DNA of 59,057 bases, the filler included. It is 8 parts of 8 records of this genome, joined end to end, with 100 filler letters (N's around TTAATTAATTAA, not from the genome) between each part and the next. Parts side by side here need not be neighbours in the genome. Positions count along the whole stretch, not along the records: positions 1 to 8,201 come from SRR31147125_173541; positions 8,302 to 19,166 come from SRR31147125_173954; 6 more parts are not named here. One strand, 5' to 3'. The notes below the pieces were generated by a model. The model was given only the letters and a program-made list of their open reading frames with translations, had not been told where the DNA came from and ran no database searches. This document shows positions 1 to 10,544 of the stretch, in pieces (within the stretch, counting starts at the first letter, position 1; each line of letters starts with the position of its first letter). A program made the translations under genes and the position numbers.

Positions 1-1
1 C

Positions 2-1079
2 TCGGCTCAGATCGAAGTCACTTTTGAGACACCCCCTCTCCTTGACGAGATGAGCGGCCTGGAATCCCTCTTGAATGCCAATATCGGCTTTGCCGTGGAT
101 GAAATAGGGACTATGGCCGAAGAAATGCTGGAAAAGCCGCTTCTGACCTCATCATGCGGAAAAGCAGCCGCCTCCGCCGGTGCCGTTTCCACCCTGGGAA
201 CCCCCTGGCTGAGTGAGGGAATCACAGTGAAGACAGGAGCCTCCGCCGGAGCCTATACCGATACCTATGATTTTAACCTTATAACCGAGCGTTTCGAGAG
301 CCTTGAACCGGAGGATGACTTCACCCTGGGAGCCGGAGTCCGGGCGGTGGAATGCAGTCTGATATTCCCCCTGGATTTTCTTATCCGCCGATTGAGCCTT
401 TCATTATCCGGCAGTTATATGGATCTTACAGCAGATGAATACTTTGCAAACGGGACCTCGGGCTCAGCTGCTCTGGGATGGACCCCTGTTCGCCCCCTGA
501 AAGCCGGTTTTTTCAGCTGGATTCCCTTCACCCTGAAAGCCGGTGCCGGATGGACCACAAACAATATCGGCACATCCATAGCCGCCGGAGAGATCAGTGA
601 ATCCTTCGAGCTGGATCTTGACGGTTCAGGCCCCTTTCCCGGCTATGATATAGAAGTAGTGGTCGATCCCATTATTGATGTCGCCATAGCGGTTGAAACC
701 TGGAACTTCTCCGGCTCCTTAAGCACGGGATTCCGACTGGCTGATTTTTTCAGCATATTTGCCGGCGGAGGAATGAACTACACCATGGGATCCACCGGAA
801 TATCTGTTGATTCAACGCCAGGCTACCTTATACTGGGTTTCTTTGAACAGTATGTCGACGAGGATGTACTGGCAGAACGCTACGGAGAAGAAAAGGCGGA
901 AACCCAGCATGGCGAGATCAATATCACGGGGGGTATCCGGGGATTCCCCGGACGGATTCACAACCTTCCTCTACGGCGGAGTACGGCTGGATTTCGGACC
1001 GGTTTTCCTTGATGTCCCGCTCCTATACACCCCGCCAGACACCCTGGCAGCCGCCGTGACTCTGGGGGTGGAATTATGA
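2..1079 (+). CDS. Spirochaete outer-membrane/surface beta-rich protein (Lsa36-like), 5'-partial, apparent frameshift near 926-932
   Basis: Frame is open from nt 2. ORF 50-1012 joins the C-terminal part of 807-1079 at the G run (ATCACGGGGGGTATCC), giving a beta-barrel-like end FLYGGVRLDFGPVFLDVP...VTLGVEL. Confidence 0.55.
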
Positions 1080-2388
1080 TCAGACTGGAGTTTAAACGTT
1101 CTACAAGAATAAACCTTCAGTTATGCCTGTGGTTTCTGCTGGTCATTCTCTTTGCTCCTGCGTTGCTGATAGCCGAAGAATTGCCAATCTATCCCGGTAA
1201 AACCATTTCCTACGGCTCCGAGTTTACCGCGGGAGTCCTCTTCCCGCTCCAGGAGGACTGGGACTCCGGAGGGTCTATTCAGGCAGGATTTTACTTCAAC
1301 GACCTCCTCCCCTCCTTTCAATTCGGGGTGATGGGTGGATATAACTATATTCTGGATTCGGGAGCCCCCGGCTCTTTTCGAATGCCGGAATTTCCGGTAG
1401 TTACAGCTTCCCCTTTTTCGACACCTTCAGTCTGAATCCGGAGGCCGGTTTTTCAATCGCCTTTCCCCACAATTTCGGTGACGCCGATTTTATCCCGGTT
1501 ATCGAGGCAGGCCTTGAAACCCGCTTACAGCTGTCACAGAGGAACTTCCTCTCCCTGGAAACGGTCTTCCGTTACCCCATTGGCGGAGAACTCCCTCTCC
1601 AGGCCGTTTTCGGCGGCAGACTCTCCCGTTTTACCCCTGTGAAAATCGAAATGGATCCGGTAGAGGTTGAGTTCGCCGTGGGTCCCGAGAAGTTTTCCCC
1701 GGACAACGACGGTGATAACGATCTCCTCGACATGGAAATGTGGACCCGGAACGGTGATTTGATTGCCGAATGGGAAATACACATTTTTGATGAATTTGAA
1801 GTTGAGGTAAGACACTGGTCCGGTGAGACACAGCCGCCGCTTCAGGTCCGTTGGGACGGCCTGACTAATGCCGGCGAAAAAGTAGGATCCGCCCTGGAGT
1901 ACCGTATCGACATAGATATGAAAGATATTCTGGGAAATACCTTCTCCTATTCCCGGGAGATTATGACCGATATTCTGGTGCGCAAGGTCGGCGGCAAGTA
2001 TAAAATCATGATCCCGAATATCGTCTTCCCGCCCAATTCCGCCAACTTTGCCCTCCTCCCCGATGAGGATATATCCCGGAACACGGAAATCATAAGAAAG
2101 ATCGCGGTTAAGCTGGATAAATACCCGGACTACAATGTCCGGATCGAAGGACACGGCAATCTGGACTATTGGGAAGATCCAGTTGAAGCGGCCAGGGAGC
2201 AGGAGGAAATCCTGATCCCCCTGACCGAAGCCCGGGCGGAAATGATCCGAGAGGTATTGGTTGAATCGGGAGTCGATCCGGATCGCCTGCAGACCGAGGG
2301 TGTGGGAGCCTCCGATCCCCTGGTCCCCTTCAGCGATCAGGAAAACCGGTGGAAAAACCGGAGAGTCGAGTTTGTTCTATTGAAGTGA
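1076..2388 (+). CDS. OmpA-family protein: signal peptide, beta-barrel-like N-terminus, FSPDNDG/FlgD-like Ig domain, OmpA C-terminal domain; apparent frameshift near 1361-1380
   Basis: The frame of ORF 1639-2388 is open back to about 1380 (NAGISGSYSFPFFDTFSLNPEAG). Motifs FSPDNDGDND, IEGH and NRRVEF are present. Confidence 0.8.
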
Positions 2389-2652
2389 TCCTGTCCCCTT
2401 CTCCGTTTTGCGGTTTTCACTGATCCGATCCAGAAAGAAATCTGATATTACAGCAAAAAGAGCCGTACCCGCCAGGCAGGCCCCGGTCTGAAGTATCCCG
2501 GTCTGCACGGCTGTGGATTCAGGATCCTCGATAAGGCTCTCCAGTGTCTGATGGATGGAGTAAGCGGAAAGACCTGCCCCCGAGAGGGTTACCGCCGCGG
2601 AGACGCTGAAACCGATCCAGGGATTGAAACCAGGGGGAATAGAATCCAGCAT
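2377..2652 (-). CDS. Small hypothetical membrane protein (2 TM)
   Basis: ATG at 2652 (MLDSIPPG...), two hydrophobic segments. Confidence 0.45.
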   Translation of the reverse strand: MLDSIPPGFNPWIGFSVSAAVTLSGAGLSAYSIHQTLESLIEDPESTAVQTGILQTGACLAGTALFAVISDFFLDRISENRKTEKGTGSLQ

Positions 2653-2878
2653 TGACCGTTCTTCCGGCGGCGCAGGCGTAAAATCCCGGCTGGTTCTGAG
2701 TTCCTCACCCCAGAGGGGGAAAGGAGTAATAGACAGATAAACAGGGGAATGATTTTTTTCATACAGGGAATTATAGAGGCCCCCCGGCTGTCGAGTCAAG
2801 AATCGGATTGTTTTTGCTATAAAAAAAGCATAACCTCCTGTTGCGGGGATGGGGTGATCTGATTAGAATATCCGGCAC

Positions 2879-3256
2879 ATGGGGACCATCTTTCTACTTA
2901 TTATCTATTTTACTCTGCAGATGACCGGACAGGTTCTGGCAAAGTTCTCATCGGGAATGGGGAGCCTTTTAAATCTCTTCACCCTGGGAACCTACCTATG
3001 CTTTCTTTCCCGGGGATTCATTTGGGTACTTCTTCTACGCCGGCTCAGACTGATCGCCGCCTACCCATTGAACGGCCTCTCCTACCTTCTGATTATTCCA
3101 GTCTCTTTTTTCCTCTTCCGGGAGATTCCGGACAGGACCAGTCTGATCAGCACCATACTCATCACCCTGGGAGTTATAATCCTCGCCCTGGGGGAGTACC
3201 GTACATCCCGGCAGTCAGCTCCCGACAGGTTGTCTGGGGACGGAGGTGGAGAATGA
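2879..3256 (+). CDS. SMR/EamA small transporter (ArnE/ArnF-like flippase subunit)
   Basis: Four TM segments, AYPLNGLSY and FLFREI motifs. Confidence 0.75.
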   Translation: MGTIFLLIIYFTLQMTGQVLAKFSSGMGSLLNLFTLGTYLCFLSRGFIWVLLLRRLRLIAAYPLNGLSYLLIIPVSFFLFREIPDRTSLISTILITLGVIILALGEYRTSRQSAPDRLSGDGGGE

Positions 3257-3621
3257 GGATGCCCCCGGAACTTCTTCTAGTCATCATGGCCATTTTTACC
3301 GCCACAGGACAGATGCTTCTTAAAAAGGGAACGGTAAAGATCATCAGGGGATCTGGATTGAGGAGGTTTTTACTCTCCCTGATCGATCCCAGCATTTTTG
3401 CCGGTCTTTTCCTGGCCCTTTCGGCCCCACTCCTCTATATACGGGCTTTACGCAGCCTGCCCCTCTCCACAGCGTTTATGTACAACAGCCTCTCCCACCT
3501 CCTTGTCTTTTTGGCAGGTCATCTTATCCTGAAAGAGCGGGCCAACTTTCTTCACCGACTGGGACTGAGCCTGATCATCGCCGGTTTCCTGTATCCCGGT
3601 ATCATGGGAGGCGGAATATGA
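3253..3621 (+). CDS. SMR/EamA small transporter (second flippase-like subunit)
   Basis: ATGA overlap with the upstream gene; TATGQMLLKKG, ALRSLPLSTAF and ILKE motifs. Confidence 0.75.
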   Translation: MRMPPELLLVIMAIFTATGQMLLKKGTVKIIRGSGLRRFLLSLIDPSIFAGLFLALSAPLLYIRALRSLPLSTAFMYNSLSHLLVFLAGHLILKERANFLHRLGLSLIIAGFLYPGIMGGGI

Positions 3622-4493
3622 CCCCCTCTGGTGTTTCCATCGTCATCCCCCTTTTTAACGCCCCGGCGAGTCCGATCATGATGAACAGAAGACTCATACC
3701 GGTTCTCGCAAACCTCACCTGCCCCTGGCGGATCCTCTATGTGGATGACGGCAGTATCAATTTCGAGCCTCTGCAGACGGCCCTGAACAGGGTCTCGAAA
3801 GAAGAGGAGCATACAGGTTGGATCAGCCTTAAACAGAACGGCGGTCAGCAGAAGGCGGTTTTTGCGGGTTTGCGAGAGGTGACGGAGAGTTTCGGCAAGG
3901 GTCCGAATCACTGTATCATAACCATGGATGATGATCTGGCCCATCCGCCGGAACAGATTCTCCCTCTTCTACACCGGGTCATGGAGGGGTATGACCTGGT
4001 CTACGCCGTTCCGGAAAACCGGACGGGCGGAGGACTCCTTGTCCGCGGGGGCCGGTTCCTGCGGGATCTTTTCTTCCGGAAAGCAATGGGTGCACCCCGG
4101 CAGCTTAAAATAGGAAGCTTCAGGGTTTTCAGAGGTGATCTGGCGGGAAAAATCGTGGCTGATGGAATTAACCACACCGAAAATTGTGAATATACCCAAA
4201 CTGTATATCCACCAAAAAAAATAGCGGTTAGCAGTTTTGTCTATATCTCTGCAATGGCCTTCCGCCGGACCGGGAACGTAAGCCATATCACCTATCCCCC
4301 GGCTCCGGGACTTGAAAACCCCAAATTATCCCGGTATACAGTGTCCAGGCGGATCCTCCTGCTGATCAGACTGATTCTCTACTACGGTCCTGTGACAGGA
4401 AAGCTGCTGAACCGCAGCCGAAAGAGTACCGCAGGCATTCAGGAAATCAGAGCTACGGGCGGGTGGGCAAAAAGGGAGAATAGAATTCAATGA
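3618..4493 (+). CDS. Family 2 glycosyltransferase (ArnC/GtrB/DPM-like polyprenol-phosphate glycosyltransferase)
   Basis: SIVIPLFN, YVDDGS, NGGQQKAVFAGL, ITMDDDLAHPP, GYDLV and SFR motifs. Confidence 0.85.
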   Translation: MTPSGVSIVIPLFNAPASPIMMNRRLIPVLANLTCPWRILYVDDGSINFEPLQTALNRVSKEEEHTGWISLKQNGGQQKAVFAGLREVTESFGKGPNHCIITMDDDLAHPPEQILPLLHRVMEGYDLVYAVPENRTGGGLLVRGGRFLRDLFFRKAMGAPRQLKIGSFRVFRGDLAGKIVADGINHTENCEYTQTVYPPKKIAVSSFVYISAMAFRRTGNVSHITYPPAPGLENPKLSRYTVSRRILLLIRLILYYGPVTGKLLNRSRKSTAGIQEIRATGGWAKRENRIQ

Positions 4494-5767
4494 GCAGCAT
4501 AAAACTCCATATCCTCGGGGGCTCCTACGGTCAGCTGAATGTTATAAAAAGGGCCCGGGAAATGGGTCTCTATACTATTGTTTCGGATCTCAACTCCGCG
4601 GCTCCCGGAATGGCAATGGCCGATGCAATTTCCAGCGCTTCTACCTTCGATTCTGAAAAGGTAAGAGAGGATGCGGAGGTCCTGGGTTCCACAGCCTTTC
4701 TTGCGGCCGGCACCGATCAGCCTGTACTGACCGCAGCCCGAGCGGCAGAAGCCCTGGGCATTCCCTATTTTCTCACTCACCGGACCGCGGAACTGGTGAC
4801 GAACAAGAAAAAAATGAAGGAAGCCTACCGGAATCTCGGAATCCCGACCTCTCCCTTCCGATTTTATTCCCGCACCACTCCGCTTTCCGCTCTTCAGGGG
4901 CTTAAATCACCCCTGGTGATCAAACCCCTGGACTCCCAGGGCCAGCGGGGAGTCCTGAAACTGGATTCTGCAGAAGAGATCCCCGGTATCCTGGAAAAAG
5001 TCCTCTCCTTCTCCCGGGAAGATGAAGTCCTGATCGAGGAGTACTACCCATCCCGGGAAGTCACGGTCACAGGATGGGTAAAGGAAGGACGTTACACCCA
5101 CCTGACGACCACCGACAGGATAACCAGAGACAACCTCCCGTCTATCGGTGTCTGTCCGGCTCATCACTTCCCTTCGGTCTTCAGCCGGTACGAACAGGAG
5201 TTAATCTCCCTGACCGAAAGAATTGTGGAGGGATTCGGCATCCCCGAAGGGCCTATCTATTTTCAATGCCTTGTGGGAGAGGACGGGGTTAAGATTAATG
5301 AATCCGCCTGCCGACTGGGAGGGGCGTATGAGGATGAGTTTATCCCCTGGATCACCGGAGTCGACATCCTCGATCTGATGATAAAAATGTCCTGTGGCAT
5401 TGGCTATTCTCTTGATGAATATGATATAATTAATGGACGCAAAGAGAAAAAATATGTCTCCCTGCAGATGTTCTTCTATGAACAGGGAGAGCTGATAGAA
5501 CAAGCAGGAATGAAGGAGATACTCGAAATGGATGGAATCCTGGGAGGCCGTTTCCTGCTGAAAAAGGGAACAACAATCGGCAACAGAGAAAACTCCACTC
5601 AGCGTGCCGGTTACTTTATCGCATCAGGGAGATCGGCCGGGGAAGTAAACAGACTGACCTGTAGAGCATTTGACAAACTGACGGCCTGGGACTCCGCGGG
5701 TAAAAACCTGCTCGCAGGAAGACCGGTTCTTTTATCAGAAAGGGCAACTGAACATGAAACATCTTAA
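4490..5767 (+). CDS. ATP-grasp domain protein
   Basis: ILGGSYGQ, NKKKMK, PLVIKPLDSQGQRGV, LIEEY and INESACRLGG motifs. Confidence 0.85.
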   Translation: MSSIKLHILGGSYGQLNVIKRAREMGLYTIVSDLNSAAPGMAMADAISSASTFDSEKVREDAEVLGSTAFLAAGTDQPVLTAARAAEALGIPYFLTHRTAELVTNKKKMKEAYRNLGIPTSPFRFYSRTTPLSALQGLKSPLVIKPLDSQGQRGVLKLDSAEEIPGILEKVLSFSREDEVLIEEYYPSREVTVTGWVKEGRYTHLTTTDRITRDNLPSIGVCPAHHFPSVFSRYEQELISLTERIVEGFGIPEGPIYFQCLVGEDGVKINESACRLGGAYEDEFIPWITGVDILDLMIKMSCGIGYSLDEYDIINGRKEKKYVSLQMFFYEQGELIEQAGMKEILEMDGILGGRFLLKKGTTIGNRENSTQRAGYFIASGRSAGEVNRLTCRAFDKLTAWDSAGKNLLAGRPVLLSERATEHETS

Positions 5768-6707
5768 GGGGGGCCTCCTGCTCCTGTTGATTCTCGTCTT
5801 CCTTTTCTCCTCCTGCAAGAGAGAAGAGGAGCGGACCATCATCATAGCCGAACAGTACGGACTGGCCTATGCTCCGCTTCAGATTATCCGGGCAAACGAA
5901 ACCCTTGAAAGGCTTATTCCCAATGTCAAGGTAAAATGGGTTCGACTGGGGAATACCGCTGCTATCCGTGAGGCTGTTATCGCCGGTCAGGTGGATATCG
6001 GGTTTATGGGAATCCCGCCCTTTCTGATAGCCAGGGACAGGGGAATGGACTGGCAGATTTTTTCCGGTCTCTCCCGCTCTCCTCTCGGTCTGGTATCTGA
6101 TTCCAGAGAGAACTCCTCCCTTCAGGAGCTTCTCGAAAACGACGGCGGCATTGCCCTGCCCCAGCCTGGCAGCATCCAGCACATCCTCCTGGCCATGGCA
6201 GCCGAGAGGGAGTTCGGAGATCACACAGCTTTTGACGATCAGCTTATCACTCTCAAGCATCCTGACGGAATGAACGCTCTCCTTTCAGGAGGTGTAGCCG
6301 CCCATTTCACATCTCCTCCCTTCATCTTTCAGGAAACTGAAACCACGGAGGATGGGATCCTGCCCTATGAAGTTCTTCTCACGGGGAAGGAAGCTTTCGG
6401 AGATGAATTTACCTTTATTGTAGGGATGGTTCCAGCCGATTTTGCCGAGGAGAACCCGGATCTGATTAAATCGTTGAAAATGGCCCTTGCCGAAGGGATG
6501 AATATCATCACAACCCGTCCGGGCGAAGCGGCAAAACTCCTCGCGGAATCATATGATATGGATCCTGCAATCCTTGAAGACTACCTGACACGACCGGGCA
6601 CCGCCTATACGACACAGATCCTGGGGCTGAATAAATTTATTGATTTTCTGGAAGGGGCTGGATACCTGGAAACCTTTATCACCCCCGGAGAGGTCATAGT
6701 AGAGTGA
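5754..6707 (+). CDS. NitT/TauT-family ABC transporter substrate-binding lipoprotein
   Basis: Lipobox FSSC; QYGLAYAPL, PQPGSIQH and AHFTSPPF motifs. Confidence 0.85.
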   Translation: MKHLKGGLLLLLILVFLFSSCKREEERTIIIAEQYGLAYAPLQIIRANETLERLIPNVKVKWVRLGNTAAIREAVIAGQVDIGFMGIPPFLIARDRGMDWQIFSGLSRSPLGLVSDSRENSSLQELLENDGGIALPQPGSIQHILLAMAAEREFGDHTAFDDQLITLKHPDGMNALLSGGVAAHFTSPPFIFQETETTEDGILPYEVLLTGKEAFGDEFTFIVGMVPADFAEENPDLIKSLKMALAEGMNIITTRPGEAAKLLAESYDMDPAILEDYLTRPGTAYTTQILGLNKFIDFLEGAGYLETFITPGEVIVE

Positions 6708-7486
6708 AACTCCCTGGGAAAGGGATCTGGAGCCTTAAACTCACCTGGATTATAATTTTCATCCTCATCTGGGAGATAACGGCCCGGTCCGGTCTCTTCT
6801 CACCACAGCTCTTTCCCGATCTGGGTCTGATTATTAAAACCCTTATTGAGGAACTCCTCTCGGGTGAGTTAATCGCCGGAACCCTGCGATCCCTGCTCCT
6901 AATCCTGGGAGGAATGACCGCTGGAATGGTTATGGCCGCCCTCTTCTCCACGCCGGCCTTCTTCTTCTCTCCTGCAAGAAGTCTTCTCGACGCCCTGACA
7001 GCCATTATGCACCCCCTGCCGGGAATTGCCCTTCTGCCGATTTTCATCCTCTTCTTCGGGATCGGAACGGCACCTGTCTTCTGGATAATGATCCATTCGG
7101 TCCTCTGGCCTCTCTGCATCAATATCAGATCCGGGTTTGAAAGCATCCCGCCCATTTATCTTAAAATCGGAGAAAACCACGAGCTCAGCCGGTCTGCCCT
7201 TTTTCGAAGGATTATGCTCCCGGCAGCCTTTCCCCAGATACTGGCGGGCCTTCGCATCGCCTGGGCCCGGTCCTGGCGGGCTCTTATCTCTTCGGAGATG
7301 ATATTCGGTATGACTTCCGGCAAAGGAGGTCTCGGATGGTACATCTTCAATAAAAGACTCTTTATGGATACTCCCGGGATGTATGCAGGAATTCTCGTTC
7401 TCATTCTGATCGGACTGGCCGTGGAAACCCTCCTCTTCCGAAAGCTGGATAGAGTCACAACCAGACGATGGAGCATGAACGGATGA
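6704..7486 (+). CDS. NitT/TauT-family ABC transporter permease
   Basis: PLPGIALLP and ILAGLRIAWARSWRALISSEM motifs. Confidence 0.9.
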   Translation: MKLPGKGIWSLKLTWIIIFILIWEITARSGLFSPQLFPDLGLIIKTLIEELLSGELIAGTLRSLLLILGGMTAGMVMAALFSTPAFFFSPARSLLDALTAIMHPLPGIALLPIFILFFGIGTAPVFWIMIHSVLWPLCINIRSGFESIPPIYLKIGENHELSRSALFRRIMLPAAFPQILAGLRIAWARSWRALISSEMIFGMTSGKGGLGWYIFNKRLFMDTPGMYAGILVLILIGLAVETLLFRKLDRVTTRRWSMNG

Positions 7487-8201
7487 GCCGGGAAAACAAT
7501 GTGCTTTCATTCGAAAAAACAGGCTTTTCCTGGCCCGGCGCCGCATTCCCCCTTTTCAAGGACCTGGAACTGAGTATCCCGACCAGGGAGATCACCTGTA
7601 TTCTGGGCCCCTCGGGCTGCGGCAAAACGACGTTGCTCAATTTAGCCGGTGGATTTCTCTCCCCTTCGGAAGGTCGGATCCTGTTTCACGGCAGAGAGAT
7701 TCGAAAACCGGAAAAAACGAGGATAATGGTCTTCCAGGATTACAACCAGCTCTTTCCCTGGAAAACAGTGCTGAAAAATGTCACCTTCCCCATGAAAATA
7801 AAAGATCCTGTTAAGGCCAGGGAACTTCTCGCTCTTGCGGGCCTGAAGGAGGCGGAACATCTCTATCCCGCCGCCCTCTCCGGTGGTATGAAGCAGAGAG
7901 CCGCCATAGCCCGGGCTCTGGCCTCCGAACCGGAGCTCCTCCTTCTCGATGAACCCTTTGACGGTCTGGATGCCCCCACGCGGCGCGCCCTTCAGAATAC
8001 CCTCCTGAATCTGGAAGGTGCCCTCTCGGCCTCCATACTTATGGTGACCCATGATATCGATGAGGCCGTTTACCTGGCAGATAATCTGCTGGTTCTTGGA
8101 GCCGGCCGAGCCCTTTCCGAAAGCCGGAGTTCAGGAGCCAGGGTGCTGCTGCAGGAAAAAACAGACTCTCCCACCCCAGGAATCCGGTATCAGAAGATTT
8201 C
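7483..8201 (+). CDS. NitT/TauT-family ABC transporter ATP-binding protein, 3'-truncated
   Basis: Walker A GPSGCGKT, signature LSGGMKQR, LLLDEPF, VTHD. Confidence 0.92.
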
Positions 8202-8301
8202 NNNNNNNNNNNNNNNNNNNNNNNNNNNNNNNNNNNNNNNNNNNNTTAATTAATTAANNNNNNNNNNNNNNNNNNNNNNNNNNNNNNNNNNNNNNNNNNN
8301 N
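8202..8301. other. Artificial contig spacer (also at 19167-19266, 25501-25600, 32148-32247, 39586-39685, 46545-46644, 52886-52985)
   Basis: N runs flank TTAATTAATTAA, which gives stops in all six frames. Composition and gene content change across each spacer. Confidence 0.98.
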
Positions 8302-8487
8302 GGAGCGCCGCAGTGGGTACAGCAGCTATCCTGGCTGTTTCCGCTGACCCACCTGCTCAAGGCGGCGAGAAAGGTCATGAACGACGGTGCCGGACTGGTA
8401 GATATCCAACTCGAATGCGGGCTGATGATCGCCACGACGATGCTCTTCCTGATCATCGCTGCGAAAATCTTCTCCTGGGTGGAGTAA
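8302..8487 (+). CDS. ABC-2 type permease, C-terminal fragment
   Basis: Hand translation GAPQWVQQLSWLFPLTHLLKAARKVMNDGAG...KIFSWVE*. Confidence 0.75.
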   Translation, partial: GAPQWVQQLSWLFPLTHLLKAARKVMNDGAGLVDIQLECGLMIATTMLFLIIAAKIFSWVE

Positions 8488-9302
8488 ATGGCCCGGAACT
8501 TATATATCGATGCGCACCTGCATCTCCAGGACAAGCGCTTCGCCGATATCATCGACACCATTGTGCAACGGGCCGAATCCGCCGGGATATCCCGCATGTT
8601 CTGCAACGCGGTGGGCGAGGAAGACTGGGCTGCCGTCACCGCGCTGGCAGGGAAGTACCCCGCCATCGTCCCGTTTCTCGGTGTCCATCCATGGTTCTGC
8701 AGCCACCAGAAATCGGGATGGCAGATACGGCTTGCCGATCTCCTGACATCGTTAAAGTATCAGGGTGTTGGAATCGGCGAGACCGGGCTTGATAAAATAC
8801 GGACGGACGACTTCGAACTCCAGCGCCGCTGTTTTATCGATCACCTGGAAATAGCGGCAGACCTCGATCTGCCGGTTGCGATCCACTGCATCAAGGCCTG
8901 GGGGCACTACTGAAGACCGTAGAAGATGTGAGCCGTCAAGGCAAGCTGCCGAGGATGATGGTCCACTCCTTCAACGGGTCGACGGAGACCATGAGACGGC
9001 TGGTCGAATTCGGGTGTTATCTTTCCTACGGCTGCGGTGTCGCGGATAACGGCAGACAGCGGCTGCAGGATACGCTCAGGCAGACACCGCTCACCTCGCT
9101 GATGCTCGAGACCGACGCCCCGTTCCAGAAAAACCCGGCCCTCAACGATGCAGTGTTCGTAACGAGTGAGCACAACGAACCTGTTGCGGTAACCGCACTG
9201 TACAGGTACACTGCCCGCGTGCTCAATATCGATAGTGACGATCTGTCCACCCGACTCTGGAACAATGCCGCGATTTTCACGAACCAGACTGCTGATCGGT
9301 GA
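8488..9302 (+). CDS. tatD: TatD-family hydrolase/DNase, apparent frameshift at G run near 8900-8904
   Basis: IDAHLH, LGVHPW, IGETGLD, IHC, then VHSF and LETDAP in the next frame. One extra G restores WGALLKTV. Confidence 0.88.
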
Positions 9303-10005
9303 GGAGGCCTTCGCCCGGCTGCGCTCCAGCCACGTCGCCGTCATCGGCCTTGGCGCGGTCGGCGGCTACGCACTCGAGGGGCTGGCCCGCGCCGGGATCG
9401 GCAGGTTCACGCTGGTCGACTTCGACCTGATCCAGCCGACCAATATCAACCGCCAGATTTTTGCCCTCGAGTCGACCCTTGAGACTCTCAAGACAGATGC
9501 CGCTCTGCAGCGAATCGGGGACATCAATCCCACCTGCAGAGCCGAGGGCCTGAACCTCTTCATAGACCAGGACACAGTCGCAACCGTTCTGGAGCGGCAG
9601 CCGGACGTCATCATTGACGCAATCGATGCGCTCAACCCGAAAGTACAACTGCTGCGCGCGGCACATGCCAGCACCATCCCGACGTTCTCGTCCATGGGGG
9701 CTGCACTGCGTACCGACCCACAGAAAATACGAGTTGATGATTTATCCCGTACGGACCACTGTCCACTTGCGAAACGAATCAGGAAACGGTTGCGCAGAGA
9801 CGGAATCACGTCGGGAATTACGTGCGTCTATTCAACGGAGTCCGTCCGCTTCGATTTCTCTCGAACCGGACCGGATGAACCGTCGGAACAGGTTATCGAA
9901 CGGGGGAGAGAACGCAACACGCTGGGCAGTCTCCCGACGGTTACCGCGATATTCGGACTGACCCTCGCCAACGAAGTTATTCAACAACTCAGTAAAGAGA
10001 TATGA
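9265..10005 (+). CDS. tcdA: tRNA threonylcarbamoyladenosine dehydratase (ThiF/E1 family)
   Basis: FSRTRLLIG, GLGAVGG, LVDFD, TNINRQ, DAID, SSMGA, CPLAKRIRKRLR and VYSTE motifs. Confidence 0.88.
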   Translation: MPRFSRTRLLIGEEAFARLRSSHVAVIGLGAVGGYALEGLARAGIGRFTLVDFDLIQPTNINRQIFALESTLETLKTDAALQRIGDINPTCRAEGLNLFIDQDTVATVLERQPDVIIDAIDALNPKVQLLRAAHASTIPTFSSMGAALRTDPQKIRVDDLSRTDHCPLAKRIRKRLRRDGITSGITCVYSTESVRFDFSRTGPDEPSEQVIERGRERNTLGSLPTVTAIFGLTLANEVIQQLSKEI

Positions 10006-10544
10006 TCAGACTCTTTGTCGCACTTACCCCCGCCCCGGAAATCTGCCGTAAACTCAGCGGTCTCGGCAAAACAATCGGAGGCGCCCGCCCCATCCCCGAC
10101 GATCAGGTCCACCTGACCCTGCGCTTTATCGGCGAGGTGGAATCAAACACCTTCCACGACATCCGTACGCGGCTCCGCGAGCTGAAGAGTCCCCCATTGC
10201 GCCTTACAGTGGAGGGGACGGGGCATTTCCCGCCCCGCGGCAATCCGAAGGTTATCTGGGCCGGGGTGAGACCGGCCGGCGATGTGATGATCCTGCGTAA
10301 CCGGGTCAACACCGTGCTCAGCAGGTGCGGCATAGAGCCCGAACGGAGAAAGTTTCATCCCCATTTCACGCTGGCCAGGCTGAAGGACAGCTCGCCGAAT
10401 CGGGTTGCCGACTTCCTGGCCGGCAACGCCCTGCTCAAGTCACCGCCGTTCATCGTTGACCGGATTCACCTCTACTCGAGCAACCTCACCCCGGATGGCG
10501 CCATTCACCGCCTCGAAGCGTCCTATCCGCTCACGGACGAATAG
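10002..10544 (+). CDS. thpR: RNA 2',3'-cyclic phosphodiesterase (2H family)
   Basis: RLFVAL plus two HxT motifs (HLTLRF, PHFTLAR). Confidence 0.9.
   Translation: MIRLFVALTPAPEICRKLSGLGKTIGGARPIPDDQVHLTLRFIGEVESNTFHDIRTRLRELKSPPLRLTVEGTGHFPPRGNPKVIWAGVRPAGDVMILRNRVNTVLSRCGIEPERRKFHPHFTLARLKDSSPNRVADFLAGNALLKSPPFIVDRIHLYSSNLTPDGAIHRLEASYPLTDE

Noticed and set aside
8202-8301. Repeated TTAATTAATTAA motif within N runs as a biological repeat
   Set aside because: It is an identical 100-nt artificial spacer joining unrelated contigs; cross-spacer gene associations are meaningless.
8905-8915. TGA in tatD as selenocysteine or readthrough
   Set aside because: The downstream TatD motifs are in a different frame; a single missing G explains the break.
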